A stretch of DNA of 42,122 nt. It comes from a virus. Lineage: Duplodnaviria; Heunggongvirae; Uroviricota; Caudoviricetes. A program made the position numbers and the translations under genes. The stretch's first letter is position 1. Every line of letters starts with the position of its first letter. The notes beneath the pieces are model-generated. The model did not search any database and had not been told where the DNA came from. It saw only the letters and a program-made list of their open reading frames with translations. Positions 1-8,034 of the stretch are shown here, in pieces. The stretch is from IMG/VR virus record IMGVR_UViG_2541047913_000004. One strand, 5' to 3'.

Positions 1-1164
1 TTACGCCTTCTTTATATCCTCCATAATTCCACAGTGGGACATATTTGGGACATTATCACCAAAAATGTCGTCTATTTTCCTTGCATGCTCTGTCAAATGA
101 TTAGGCGCAAGGTGAGCATACCTACGAACCATTTCTATGGACTCCCATCCGCCCATTTCCTGAAGCACAGATAATGGGACGCCTGACTGGATCAGCCAGC
201 TTGCCCAGGTGTGTCTGAGGTCATGGAAACGGAAATCTTCAATTCCTGCACGACGACAAGCTGATAGCCATGATGTCTTGCTGTCGATGCGCATCTTCCT
301 GACCGCAGGCGTTGATGTTCCATCTGCTCGCTTAGCCGCCTTGGTATGTACAAACACCCATTTGTGATGCTTGCCTATTTGATCACGCAACACTTTACAG
401 GCGGTATCGTTCAGCGCCACACCAATGGCGCGGTTTGATTTGCTCTCTTCTGGATTCACCCAGGCAACTCGTCGCTGCATGTCGATTTGTTGCCATTCCA
501 GATTTATGATGTTCGACTTTCTCAGACCAGTTGCCAGCGCAAACTTGACGACAGATTTCAGTGGTTCGGGGCACTCATCAATAAGGCGTTTTGCTTCCTC
601 CTTTTCCAGCCATCTGACTCGCTTGTTTCTGACCGCTGGTATCTTGATGACAGGCGCTTTTTCCAGCCACTTCCAGTCGCGTTCTGCAGCACGGAGAATG
701 GCCTTTATCATGGCAAGATGCTTTGCCTTTGTCTGAGTTGATACTGGCTTTGGTTCATAAACAGGCGGTTCTTTACCTTTCCTGATGGCGGCCTGAACTT
801 TCTGTTTCCATATTTCTTTCGTCTTTCTGTTATGCATTCTGCTTACAGCAGAGTAAATCTTTGCCTCCGAGATATCTTTAAGCCTTATACCCTCAAAATG
901 TTCAAGCCAAAACTCAATCCGGCTTTTATCTGAATCGAGAGATTTTTTATCAGCTTTTTCCTCAAGCCATCTTAGGCAGGCCTCTTCAAAAGTGACATCA
1001 GGTAAATCCCCTAGCTTTTCTACTCGCCAGAGTTCTGCTTTTCGCTTGTCGTGCAACTCCTGAGCTTGCCGCTTGTCCTTTGTGCCAAGAGATTCCTTAA
1101 TTCGTTTCCCGCCCGGGAGCGAATACGAGGCATACCATATTTCATTTCTGCGGAAGAGTGACAT
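1..1164 (-). CDS. int: Tyrosine-type site-specific recombinase (prophage integrase), 387 aa
   Basis: Full ORF with ATG at 1162-1164 preceded by a GAGGA Shine-Dalgarno; N-terminal arm-binding-like region; C-terminal catalytic region ends ...HDLRHTWAS...VLQEMGGW...VRRYAHL, the tyrosine-recombinase R/H-x-x-R/Y signature. Sits at the prophage end as expected for int. Confidence 0.93.
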   Translation of the reverse strand: MSLFRRNEIWYASYSLPGGKRIKESLGTKDKRQAQELHDKRKAELWRVEKLGDLPDVTFEEACLRWLEEKADKKSLDSDKSRIEFWLEHFEGIRLKDISEAKIYSAVSRMHNRKTKEIWKQKVQAAIRKGKEPPVYEPKPVSTQTKAKHLAMIKAILRAAERDWKWLEKAPVIKIPAVRNKRVRWLEKEEAKRLIDECPEPLKSVVKFALATGLRKSNIINLEWQQIDMQRRVAWVNPEESKSNRAIGVALNDTACKVLRDQIGKHHKWVFVHTKAAKRADGTSTPAVRKMRIDSKTSWLSACRRAGIEDFRFHDLRHTWASWLIQSGVPLSVLQEMGGWESIEMVRRYAHLAPNHLTEHARKIDDIFGDNVPNMSHCGIMEDIKKA

Positions 1165-1391
1165 TTTCTTTCCTCTGTTATGCCATCACCCGCGCTCACC
1201 TGGACAGTATGCAGCGGAGACTGAAGCGCCGCAATGCAAGCTTGCCGTGTTGTGAGGTAAGGAGATTTTGGCTTGGTTGGATCTTTACGTGTTGCCTGTA
1301 GGCGGCCTGTTCGTATCCAGTTGGTGGCGGTTGGTCTGGATATCTTAAGAAACTGACAGGCCTCATCGAGTGTGAGGCTGTATGGCTCCAT
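1020..1391 (-). CDS. xis: Excisionase / AlpA-like DNA-binding protein (recombination directionality factor)
   Basis: Internal Met of ORF 1020-1475 ([31 protein letters not shown]...) is translationally coupled to the upstream gene by a TAATG overlap at 1391; HTH region typical of AlpA/Xis. The C-terminal extent is uncertain: the ORF runs 145 nt into int in another frame. Confidence 0.6.
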   Translation of the reverse strand: MEPYSLTLDEACQFLKISRPTATNWIRTGRLQATRKDPTKPKSPYLTTRQACIAALQSPLHTVQVSAGDGITEERKCHSSAEMKYGMPRIRSRAGNELRNLLAQRTSGKLRSCTTSEKQNSGE

Positions 1392-1696
1392 TATTTCACC
1401 TCTTGCTGTGTCATTGTTGAAAAATGGATACCAGCTCGTTGCTGCCAGACGATCCAACCGAGAGTCATATCCCATGCCATGTATTCGTTATCGCCGTTTT
1501 TTGCTCTCCGACGATCTACTAAGTCACCGAAACGCTTTTCCATGAATAATTCATAGGCTTCGCGTTCATCTGGCTCTACTTCCAGAGATACGAGTGCGAT
1601 TTCATAAGCACGGCGCTCAATATCGTCTCGAACCTCTAGGCTGCTGATTCGTTCTTTGATTTCTTTAATCAGTTCTTTATTGGTAAATGTGGTCAT
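1391..1696 (-). CDS. yfdT: Early-left operon protein, YfdT-like, 101 aa
   Basis: ORF coupled by stop/start overlap to neighbours on both sides; length and order match the CPS-53 (KplE1) yfdPQRST cluster as I recall it. Function unknown. Confidence 0.6.
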   Translation of the reverse strand: MTTFTNKELIKEIKERISSLEVRDDIERRAYEIALVSLEVEPDEREAYELFMEKRFGDLVDRRRAKNGDNEYMAWDMTLGWIVWQQRAGIHFSTMTQQEVK

Positions 1697-2058
1697 TATG
1701 CTCCAGCCTCCGGTGCTTTTGGCATTACTGCCCAGTGAGTGATATTGACGTTTTCAAGGTCCCCGACCTGAAATGTCCACTGCCATTCTCCGGTTTCTTT
1801 TTGTCCCCAGGTGTACCAGAGAGAACGCCAGCCAATCAGCCAGCCTTCTCCATTAGCATCAAATAACAGAACACTTTCATTTGCTGGTGGCAGTTCAGCT
1901 GACACTGGTATTATTTTGTTTTCCAGTGCCGCACATTTAGCTTCAAGCGCGTCGAATTTACGTACCAGGTACTCAGCATTTGTTTCGTTCACTTTCAGAT
2001 CTCGCGGTACACATTTCCCGCGAAGAAACCCTTCCATTTCGAAAACATTCATGCGCAT
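1696..2058 (-). CDS. yfdS: Early-left operon protein, YfdS-like, 120 aa
   Basis: ORF overlapping the upstream gene stop by 10 nt and the downstream start by 1 nt; length and position match CPS-53 yfdS. Confidence 0.6.
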   Translation of the reverse strand: MRMNVFEMEGFLRGKCVPRDLKVNETNAEYLVRKFDALEAKCAALENKIIPVSAELPPANESVLLFDANGEGWLIGWRSLWYTWGQKETGEWQWTFQVGDLENVNITHWAVMPKAPEAGA

Positions 2059-2585
2059 TTGCGTAACTCCGATAAATCGTTAAAACGTTCCATAAACATC
2101 CCGTAGGCATGACCCGGTGCCAGTGGAATCACGTTGAACATCTCTGTTGCCGGGATGCCTTCCAGTACAGGCCAGAAAGAGCCATCATCAAGCCCGAGAT
2201 CGCGGCGTTCGGTTGCCAGCATGATGAGATCGGCATATTTCACGGGTGTACTCATAACTGGGGGTAACCCGTATTTCTCACGGATTACGGCGTCTATTTT
2301 TTCTTCCATCCGTTTATAGTCAGGAAGAAGGCGTTTCAGTGGTGCGGGGATGTCCTGGCAATACGCTTCTGTTGCATCATGCATTAACGCTTCAAAAGCA
2401 AATTCCTGCGGCACCAGCTGGCTGCAAAGAACCGCATGTTGGGCGACGCTGTAGAAGTGCGAAAGATGACCGGCAAAGCGACAGATATTTGAAAGGGAAA
2501 CCGCGATATCGTTAATATCGATGTCGTCTTTATTTATCTTGTCATAATAAAAATGCTTCCCGGAAAAAGTTTTAATAAATGACAT
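2049..2585 (-). CDS. yfdR: HD-domain phosphohydrolase (5'-deoxynucleotidase-like), YfdR-like, 178 aa
   Basis: HD-superfamily motifs (...AQHAV... and ...LMHDATEAY...). Start moved to the internal Met (MSFIK...), which has a GGAG Shine-Dalgarno about 7 nt upstream; this gives 178 aa, the CPS-53 YfdR length. Confidence 0.8.
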   Translation of the reverse strand: MSFIKTFSGKHFYYDKINKDDIDINDIAVSLSNICRFAGHLSHFYSVAQHAVLCSQLVPQEFAFEALMHDATEAYCQDIPAPLKRLLPDYKRMEEKIDAVIREKYGLPPVMSTPVKYADLIMLATERRDLGLDDGSFWPVLEGIPATEMFNVIPLAPGHAYGMFMERFNDLSELRKCA

Positions 2586-2712
2586 TTTGTTCTCCACGTA
2601 TATGCACTGCACCGCGCTGAATTCTGGTAAAAGGATGCCCTCACCATCCGGTGATTATTGAGTTAATTACGTTTCCATAAATGCCCCCGCAGGGGCATTT
2701 GCAGTAATGAAA

Positions 2713-3537
2713 TCAGGCGGTGAAAGTACCAATAAAGGTTTCTACTTTGCTGTCTTTGAATTTCTCAACAAGCAGATCACGAAATTCGTTAGCCATTTCT
2801 TCCTGCACCGCTTCCAGCTGAATAATGCGCAGAACCAGTACAGGACGATCGCCAGTGATAATGCTGAGGCGTAATTTAAACGGACGTTCTTTCAGACCTT
2901 CAAACGGAACGCATTTAAATTCAAATGCCACTGGCATAATGTCTTTGGTCTTCGCTTCGACAGACTCCATCAGGGAGCGTTTGCCGCTGAAGTCATTATC
3001 TTCAAAATCAGCGGTCTGGTTCGCTTCAATTGTGATTTTACGGATCGCCGCAGCCGCTTTGGTTGCCTGAATGGCGTCACCATTAGCATCAAAGCCCACA
3101 AGGTAGTCGGCCCAGTCTTCAATCCATTCTGCCAGTGACTTCTGGGAGTTACGCTCGCCGTTAACAGACAACAGGGCAGAGAACGGTGCTGTCTTTTTCA
3201 GTTTGAGAGTGGCGGTGTTATCTGCGTGACCTGGTTCATCAATAGTACCCAGGTTAAGCACACTGACGGCTCGCATATTATCGGCATCGATAAAGCAGCG
3301 GGTGCCTTCATCTGCAAGATCTTTAGAATAACGGGTAAAGTCATCGATGCTGGCAGTGGAAAGCGCACCACGGAAACGGAAGCGATTTAAATTAAATTTT
3401 TCCAGATCATGAATGCGGAAATTCTCAGGCAATGCCACAGCATCGGCACCAATCTTACTGATAATTTCATTAACACCCTGAGCAGAAATAAGGGCATGGA
3501 TTTGATTAATTGCGGTTGCGTCTAAGTTCTGAGACAT
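2713..3537 (-). CDS. yfdQ: DUF2303-family prophage protein, YfdQ-like, 274 aa
   Basis: Long clean ORF with ATG at 3535-3537; length and position match CPS-53 yfdQ. Confidence 0.75.
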   Translation of the reverse strand: MSQNLDATAINQIHALISAQGVNEIISKIGADAVALPENFRIHDLEKFNLNRFRFRGALSTASIDDFTRYSKDLADEGTRCFIDADNMRAVSVLNLGTIDEPGHADNTATLKLKKTAPFSALLSVNGERNSQKSLAEWIEDWADYLVGFDANGDAIQATKAAAAIRKITIEANQTADFEDNDFSGKRSLMESVEAKTKDIMPVAFEFKCVPFEGLKERPFKLRLSIITGDRPVLVLRIIQLEAVQEEMANEFRDLLVEKFKDSKVETFIGTFTA

Positions 3538-3602
3538 AATAAGTCCTCACTATATAAAGATATTCAGTGATGAGATAAATAATCAGTTTATTAAGAACGA
3601 TA

Positions 3603-3965
3603 TTAATGACCTGCTGCGCGTAGTTTTCCGTCAGGTTCACCGGCAAGAGTCAGTATTTGTCCATAGTCTTCCTGCAGAATAGTCAGGCGACCACCGCGAT
3701 TGACATACATCGGCGTTTCGGTGGTGTCTTCTTCGGAAATTTTCCCGCGGTTAGTTGGGCGAACATATGAGAGTTTGTGTTTGATTTTCACACGGTTCTC
3801 ATCAAACGGTTCGATTTCCAGATTGAGTGAGACCTTCCCTTTGGTTTTCGTGTTCATCACACCGGAAGCGACTTCACTGAGAACTGCGCCGATTTTGGTT
3901 TCAAATACGCCGCCGTCCAGCTCCCCGATAAATGCCTGCACATCAGTACTGCGTTCGCTAGCCAT
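3603..3965 (-). CDS. yfdP: Early-left operon protein, YfdP-like, 120 aa
   Basis: Start placed at the internal Met (MASERSTDVQAFIGELDGG...) because a GAGGAG Shine-Dalgarno lies 7 nt upstream of this ATG (3963-3965). The ORF-track extension to 4283 translates the GC-rich structured region into Arg/Cys-rich low-complexity sequence. Confidence 0.65.
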   Translation of the reverse strand: MASERSTDVQAFIGELDGGVFETKIGAVLSEVASGVMNTKTKGKVSLNLEIEPFDENRVKIKHKLSYVRPTNRGKISEEDTTETPMYVNRGGRLTILQEDYGQILTLAGEPDGKLRAAGH

Positions 3966-3989
3966 TTTGCTGCTCCTCATCATATCGAC

Positions 3990-4330
3990 CCTGCAAGGTC
4001 GGTTGGTTTCTCCACAAAACAGAGAAGAACACCTGCGGTGGCAGCCGCCCGGATGGATTGGGTTATGAGCCCGTCGTCCGGTGATGCTCTTCTCTGTTTT
4101 GTAAAAAGGACGGTACCAGCCGGAAGCAAGGGTACAAGCTGGTACCGCCAGGACTACACACAGCATAAAGTTGTGGTGCCGGGTGCCTCCCGGTGCCTGG
4201 CGAAGGTTGCACACCAGGCGGGTGGGTATCCACAGAAGGTCGACTGTCAGCCTCAACCTTAACCCGCGTGCGCTGAGCCGCATTCACCACAACGCTAAGG
4301 ATTCTCTCTGGTTGAAAATACTTAGCTGTT
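3990..4330. ncRNA. Candidate structured non-coding element (unclassified); strand undetermined
   Basis: GC-rich block with no credible ORF in any frame, packed with perfect inverted repeats: a 15-bp stem 4014-4028/4088-4102 enclosing nested hairpins (4035-4048 and 4049-4053/4077-4081); a 10-bp stem 4111-4120/4138-4147 with a 17-nt loop; hairpins at 4179-4193 and 4195-4219. Flanked by AT-rich sequence. Confidence 0.3.
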
Positions 4331-4434
4331 ATGTGCCTGCTTTTAGCCACATCAGGCGAGGTGGACCTGGTTATTCCCCAACAACAAGGATTCGGTTAAT
4401 CTGGATATCCCCAACAACAATAAGAGTATTCAAT

Positions 4435-4950
4435 GTGATCGCTGAATTAACGGCAGCAATGACGGCTATTCGTGAAACAGCCCAGATTGCAAAACTAATG
4501 AACGAGGCAAAAACTCAATCTGAAGTAAATGCGGCTATTGGTGAGCTAAACTCAAAGCTTGCGTCTATTCAGCGCGAATGCGTGTCTCTCGTTGAACTGG
4601 TGGGCTCTTATCAAGAAATAAATGCTTCTCTCAAAGCTAAAATTGCAGAATTCGAAAACTTTGAGGCTCAGACGGAAGGCTATATCCTTAACCAACTTGA
4701 GTCGGGTACTTTTGTATACTCGAAGGAGGTAATCGTGAACGGTGGCAGCATAACCATGCATCTTTGCCCAAAATGTTTTGGACAAAAGATAGTATCGATA
4801 CTTCAACCATTCCCGGTTAGCGAAGATGAGCTTTTTCATAAAAGCAGGTGCCTCCACTGTGAAAATAAGTTTCTGATGAATAAAAATCCGGATTACGTAT
4901 CGCCTCCATCCATTGAGGAGTTGTCCAGAAAACTTAACGGCAATCTGTAG
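4435..4950 (+). CDS. Hypothetical coiled-coil protein with C-terminal zinc ribbon (CPKC...24 aa...CLHC); candidate lysogenic-conversion or exclusion factor
   Basis: GTG at 4435 with an AAGAG Shine-Dalgarno-like motif about 8 nt upstream (alternative ATG at 4459). N-terminal half is heptad-like and Glu/Lys/Ala-rich; C-terminal half has two CxxC pairs. The residue composition looks like a real protein, whereas the antisense ORF is Phe/Leu/Tyr-rich. Followed by its own intrinsic terminator. Confidence 0.6.
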   Translation: MIAELTAAMTAIRETAQIAKLMNEAKTQSEVNAAIGELNSKLASIQRECVSLVELVGSYQEINASLKAKIAEFENFEAQTEGYILNQLESGTFVYSKEVIVNGGSITMHLCPKCFGQKIVSILQPFPVSEDELFHKSRCLHCENKFLMNKNPDYVSPPSIEELSRKLNGNL

Positions 4951-4989
4951 ATTACTACTGTTGTGGATATCCAGATTGTTAAAGAGCTA

Positions 4990-5012
4990 AGCGTCCTGTA
5001 GGGCGCTTTTTT
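4990..5012 (+). terminator. Rho-independent terminator of the zinc-ribbon gene
   Basis: Hairpin agcgtcc-tgta-gggcgct followed by TTTTTT. The stem has a U-G wobble on the plus-strand RNA that would be a C-A mismatch on the minus strand, so it favours the plus orientation. Confidence 0.6.
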
Positions 5013-5097
5013 GTTGCTAACGAATCATCCTGGACTTCATATGCCCCAGGCGGATACTTCGTGGGCGTCCTGCCTGTTTGTTGTTTCTCTTGGGTAC

Positions 5098-5125
5098 ATT
5101 ATGTATCTCAAAGGTACATTGTCAA
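5098..5125 (-). promoter_or_regulatory. pL-like early-left promoter with overlapping operator-like palindromes (OL)
   Basis: Minus strand has a perfect -35 TTGACA (complement of 5120-5125), a 16-nt spacer and -10 CATAAT (complement of 5098-5103). The palindrome TACAT-T-ATGTA (5095-5105) overlaps the -10, and a GGTACA motif is shared with the cI-cro intergenic operators. Confidence 0.55.
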
Positions 5126-5128
5126 GTA

Positions 5129-5150
5129 TAAAAAAACCTGCCGAAGCAGG
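5129..5150 (-). terminator. Rho-independent terminator downstream of the repressor gene
   Basis: Hairpin cctgc-cgaa-gcagg (5137-5150) followed on the minus strand by a run of 7 U (complement of 5130-5136), 15 nt after the cI stop. Confidence 0.6.
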
Positions 5151-5164
5151 TTCATAAACATTGA

Positions 5165-5839
5165 TTAAGCTTTGATTTTGTATCTTCTTGGTTTTCCTGA
5201 GAAAATCACAGTTCCAATTATAGAGCAATTACCGTTGATCTTAATGTAAGGCTCAGGCCAGTTTGGGTTTAACGCTTTGAGATAACGCTGTGTCCCATCT
5301 TCTATCAACCTTTTGAAGGTGGTTTCACCTGTATCGTGCATCAATGCAATAACGTCGTCACCGTGGCAGGCAGGTACTTCAGGATCGACAAAAATCATGT
5401 CTCCCGGGCGGTACTCATCAATCATTGAATCACCTATCACCCGCAAGATATAAGTCATTTCCCCACAGGGTACAGGGCAGGGATACGTTTCTGCTGTGCT
5501 CAAATCAACCTCAGAATATCCAACTTCTTTCCATGCTCCGGCCTGTACCCATGATATGACAGGGACTAATGTGATTTGTTTATTAGTGATTGAAACATCA
5601 GGTTTTTTTGTGATGTTCGTTGTCTGGTGTTCTTGATCGAGCCATCCGACAGGCAGGTCGAAACATTTTTCTATGTGTCGTGCCATGCTGTCACCGATAT
5701 TTTTAGTAGCACCATCTCCCATAAACCTGCTGGTCTGGGTTGGCTCGCGATCAATCATAGTGGCAAAGGAAGAATTCCCGCCAACACCATCTCTCAGTTT
5801 TCTGGCGTTAGACCGCCGGATGTCATGGATTGTTTTCAT
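5165..5839 (-). CDS. cI: CI-type prophage repressor with LexA-like S24 autopeptidase domain, 224 aa
   Basis: C-terminal domain carries the Ser nucleophile in ...VIGDSM... and a downstream Lys (...TFKRL...), as in LexA/CI self-cleaving repressors. Divergently arranged with a Cro-like gene across an operator-containing intergenic region. Confidence 0.85.
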   Translation of the reverse strand: MKTIHDIRRSNARKLRDGVGGNSSFATMIDREPTQTSRFMGDGATKNIGDSMARHIEKCFDLPVGWLDQEHQTTNITKKPDVSITNKQITLVPVISWVQAGAWKEVGYSEVDLSTAETYPCPVPCGEMTYILRVIGDSMIDEYRPGDMIFVDPEVPACHGDDVIALMHDTGETTFKRLIEDGTQRYLKALNPNWPEPYIKINGNCSIIGTVIFSGKPRRYKIKA

Positions 5840-5929
5840 AACGAAATTAAAACCCTCGTACCGTTAAGGTACAAGTATCTTGAAGGTTCATTTCAATCAT
5901 GTAATATGTACATCGGAGGTACATATTGT
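5840..5929. promoter_or_regulatory. OR-like region: pR (rightward), probable pRM (leftward), operator palindromes
   Basis: Plus strand has -35 TTGAAG (5880-5885), a 16-nt spacer and -10 TAATAT (5902-5907) ahead of a GGAGG Shine-Dalgarno and the cro ATG. Palindromes GTACC-N5-GGTAC (5858-5872), ATGTA-ATATG-TACAT (5899-5913) and TGTAC-N7-GTACA (5907-5923) overlap the promoter. Confidence 0.6.
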
Positions 5930-6130
5930 ATGAAAGCGTATTGGGACTCTTTAACCAAAGAACAGCAGGGCGAGTTGGCCGGAAAAGTTGGCTCAACACC
6001 TGGCTACTTACGGCTGGTTTTCAATGGCTATAAAAAAGCCAGTTTTGTGCTGGCTAAAAAACTTGAGCAATGCACGTCAGGTGCAATTACGAAATCTGAC
6101 TTAAGACCGGATATCTATCCGAAAGATTAG
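5930..6130 (+). CDS. cro: Cro/YdaS-like HTH regulator, 66 aa
   Basis: Small ORF divergent from cI with a GGAGG Shine-Dalgarno 9 nt upstream of the ATG; helix-turn-helix-like segment ...GSTPGYLRLVFNGYKKASF... Confidence 0.75.
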   Translation: MKAYWDSLTKEQQGELAGKVGSTPGYLRLVFNGYKKASFVLAKKLEQCTSGAITKSDLRPDIYPKD

Positions 6131-6369
6131 CAGAACACTTTCAATTTTTAACCACAGAACGATGAGGCTAATCGTGGGTAAGCATCACTGGAAAATAGAA
6201 AAACAGCCTGAGTGGTACGTGAAAGCTGTCAGAAAAACTATCGCGGCGTTGCCGGGTGGTTACGCTGAAGCGGCTGATTGGCTCGATGTAACAGAAAACG
6301 CTTTATTCAACCGCCTGAACCGCCCCGGGAATCCTGGAGACTAAACTTCCTGAGAAAGAGGTAAACAGG

Positions 6370-6696
6370 ATGACTAAAAATACTCGTTTTTCCCCCGAAG
6401 TCCGTCAACGGGCAGTCCGTATGGTTCTGGAAAGTCAGAGCGAATATGACTCACAATGGGCGACAATTTGTTCCATTGCTCCAAAGATTGGCTGTACGCC
6501 GGAGACTCTGCGTGTCTGGGTTCGCCAGCATGAGCGGGATACCGGGGGCGGTGATGGAGGGCTCACCACCGCTGAACGTCAGCGTCTGAAAGAGCTGGAA
6601 CGTGAAAATCGTGAACTGCGCCGCAGTAACGATATCCTTCGCCAGGCTTCCGCTTATTTTGCGAAGGCGGAGTTCGACCGCCTCTGGAAAAAATGA
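6370..6696 (+). CDS. IS629 OrfA (transposase N-terminal HTH protein), 108 aa
   Basis: HTH and leucine-zipper-like sequence typical of IS3-family OrfA; ends in an A6 run (6688-6693) that overlaps the orfB start. Confidence 0.9.
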   Translation: MTKNTRFSPEVRQRAVRMVLESQSEYDSQWATICSIAPKIGCTPETLRVWVRQHERDTGGGDGGLTTAERQRLKELERENRELRRSNDILRQASAYFAKAEFDRLWKK

Positions 6697-7583
6697 TGCC
6701 ACTGCTGGATAAGCTGCGTGAGCAGTACGGGGTCGGACCGCTATGCAGCGAACTGCATATTGCCCCGTCAACGTATTACCACTGTCAGCAACAGCGACAT
6801 CATCCTGATAAACGCAGTGCCCGTGCGCAGCGCGATGACTGGCTGAAGAAAGAGATACAGCGCGTATACGATGAAAATCACAAGGTATACGGTGTGCGTA
6901 AAGTCTGGCGTCAGTTGTTACGGGAAGGTATCAGAGTGGCCAGATGCACTGTGGCACGTCTCATGGCGGTTATGGGACTTGCCGGTGTTCTCCGGGGTAA
7001 AAAGGTCCGTACGACCATCAGCCGGAAAGCCGTTGCCGCAGGCGACCGCGTAAACCGTCAGTTCGTGGCAGAACGACCTGACCAGCTGTGGGTGGCTGAT
7101 TTTACTTACGTCAGCACATGGCGGGGCTTCGTCTATGTGGCGTTCATCATTGATGTGTTTGCCGGATACATCGTGGGGTGGCGGGTCTCATCGTCCATGG
7201 AAACGACATTCGTGCTGGATGCACTGGAGCAGGCGTTATGGGCCCGTCGACCGTCCGGCACGGTCCATCACAGTGATAAAGGTTCTCAGTATGTATCGCT
7301 GGCCTACACACAGCGGCTTAAGGAAGCCGGATTACTGGCATCAACAGGAAGTACAGGCGACTCGTATGACAACGCGATGGCGGAGAGCATCAATGGTCTT
7401 TACAAAGCGGAGGTAATACACCGTAAGAGCTGGAAAAACCGTGCAGAAGTGGAACTGGCCACACTCACGTGGGTGGACTGGTATAACAATCGACGATTGC
7501 TGGAAAGGCTGGGCCATACTCCTCCGGCAGAAGCAGAAAAAGCTTATTATGCTTCCATCGGAAACGATGATCTGGCAGCCTGA
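6693..7583 (+). CDS. IS629 OrfB (DDE transposase catalytic domain), 296 aa
   Basis: DDE/RNase H-fold integrase-like region (...WVADFTYV... ...HSDKGSQY... ...DNAMAES...). Lies in the -1 frame relative to orfA, so an OrfAB fusion by -1 frameshifting at the A6 run is expected. Confidence 0.9.
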   Translation: MMPLLDKLREQYGVGPLCSELHIAPSTYYHCQQQRHHPDKRSARAQRDDWLKKEIQRVYDENHKVYGVRKVWRQLLREGIRVARCTVARLMAVMGLAGVLRGKKVRTTISRKAVAAGDRVNRQFVAERPDQLWVADFTYVSTWRGFVYVAFIIDVFAGYIVGWRVSSSMETTFVLDALEQALWARRPSGTVHHSDKGSQYVSLAYTQRLKEAGLLASTGSTGDSYDNAMAESINGLYKAEVIHRKSWKNRAEVELATLTWVDWYNNRRLLERLGHTPPAEAEKAYYASIGNDDLAA

Positions 7584-8034
7584 GTTCACAGATAAAACAC
7601 TCTCCAGGAAACCCGGGGCGGTTCAGCCTTCGTGCAGATGGCGATCAGATTTTCCCGCTGGGATGGGCAATGGTTTTACAGCGTGCTGGTGGCACTCACT
7701 TCATTGCTGATGCTGTGGCGCAGTCTGCAAATGGCGTCTTTGTGTCTCTTCCTGACGTCGAGGATGTGGACAACGCCGATATTAACCAGCGCCTGCTGGA
7801 AGTCATTGAACAGATCGGCAGTTATTCAAAACAGATTCGTTCAGCAATTGAAGACGGTGTAGTGGAACCGCATGAGAAGACAGCAATTAACGACGAGCTG
7901 TACCTCTCAATTTCGAAGCTGCAGGAGCATGCAGCACTGGTCTACAAAATTTTTTGCATTTCAGAAAGTAATGACGCCCGCGAGTGTGCAGCTCCGGGCG
8001 CCGTGGCGTGTCGTGACTGTGGAGAAACTAACGC

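Larger units (their letters stand above)
6316..7625 (+). mobile_element. IS629 (IS3 family), complete 1310-bp copy
   Basis: Terminal inverted repeats TGAACCGCCCCGGG... (6316 onward) and ...CCCGGGGCGGTTCA (to 7625), 5'-TG...CA-3' ends, 3-bp target duplication GCC (6313-6315 and 7626-7628), and overlapping orfA/orfB. The length matches IS629. Confidence 0.9.

Noticed and set aside
425-741. Plus-strand ORFs (103 and 84 aa) inside int
   Set aside because: Antisense to the well-supported integrase gene, with Ser/Phe/Arg-rich composition.
3966-4283. Upstream extension of the YfdP-like ORF (track ORF 3603-4283, 226 aa)
   Set aside because: The extra 106 codons translate the GC-rich hairpin region into Arg/Cys/Pro-rich low-complexity sequence, and a strong GAGGAG Shine-Dalgarno precedes the internal ATG at 3965.
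4038-4350. ORFs 4038-4262 (+) and 4063-4350 (-) inside the structured element
   Set aside because: Both use GTG starts with no ribosome-binding site, are Pro/Gly/Arg-rich, and are the expected by-product of GC-rich palindromic DNA; treated as non-coding.
4552-4857. Minus-strand 101-aa ORF inside the zinc-ribbon gene
   Set aside because: Phe/Leu/Tyr/Arg-rich composition is typical of the antisense of a Glu/Lys-rich gene; the plus-strand frame has the CxxC...CxxC zinc ribbon and its own terminator.
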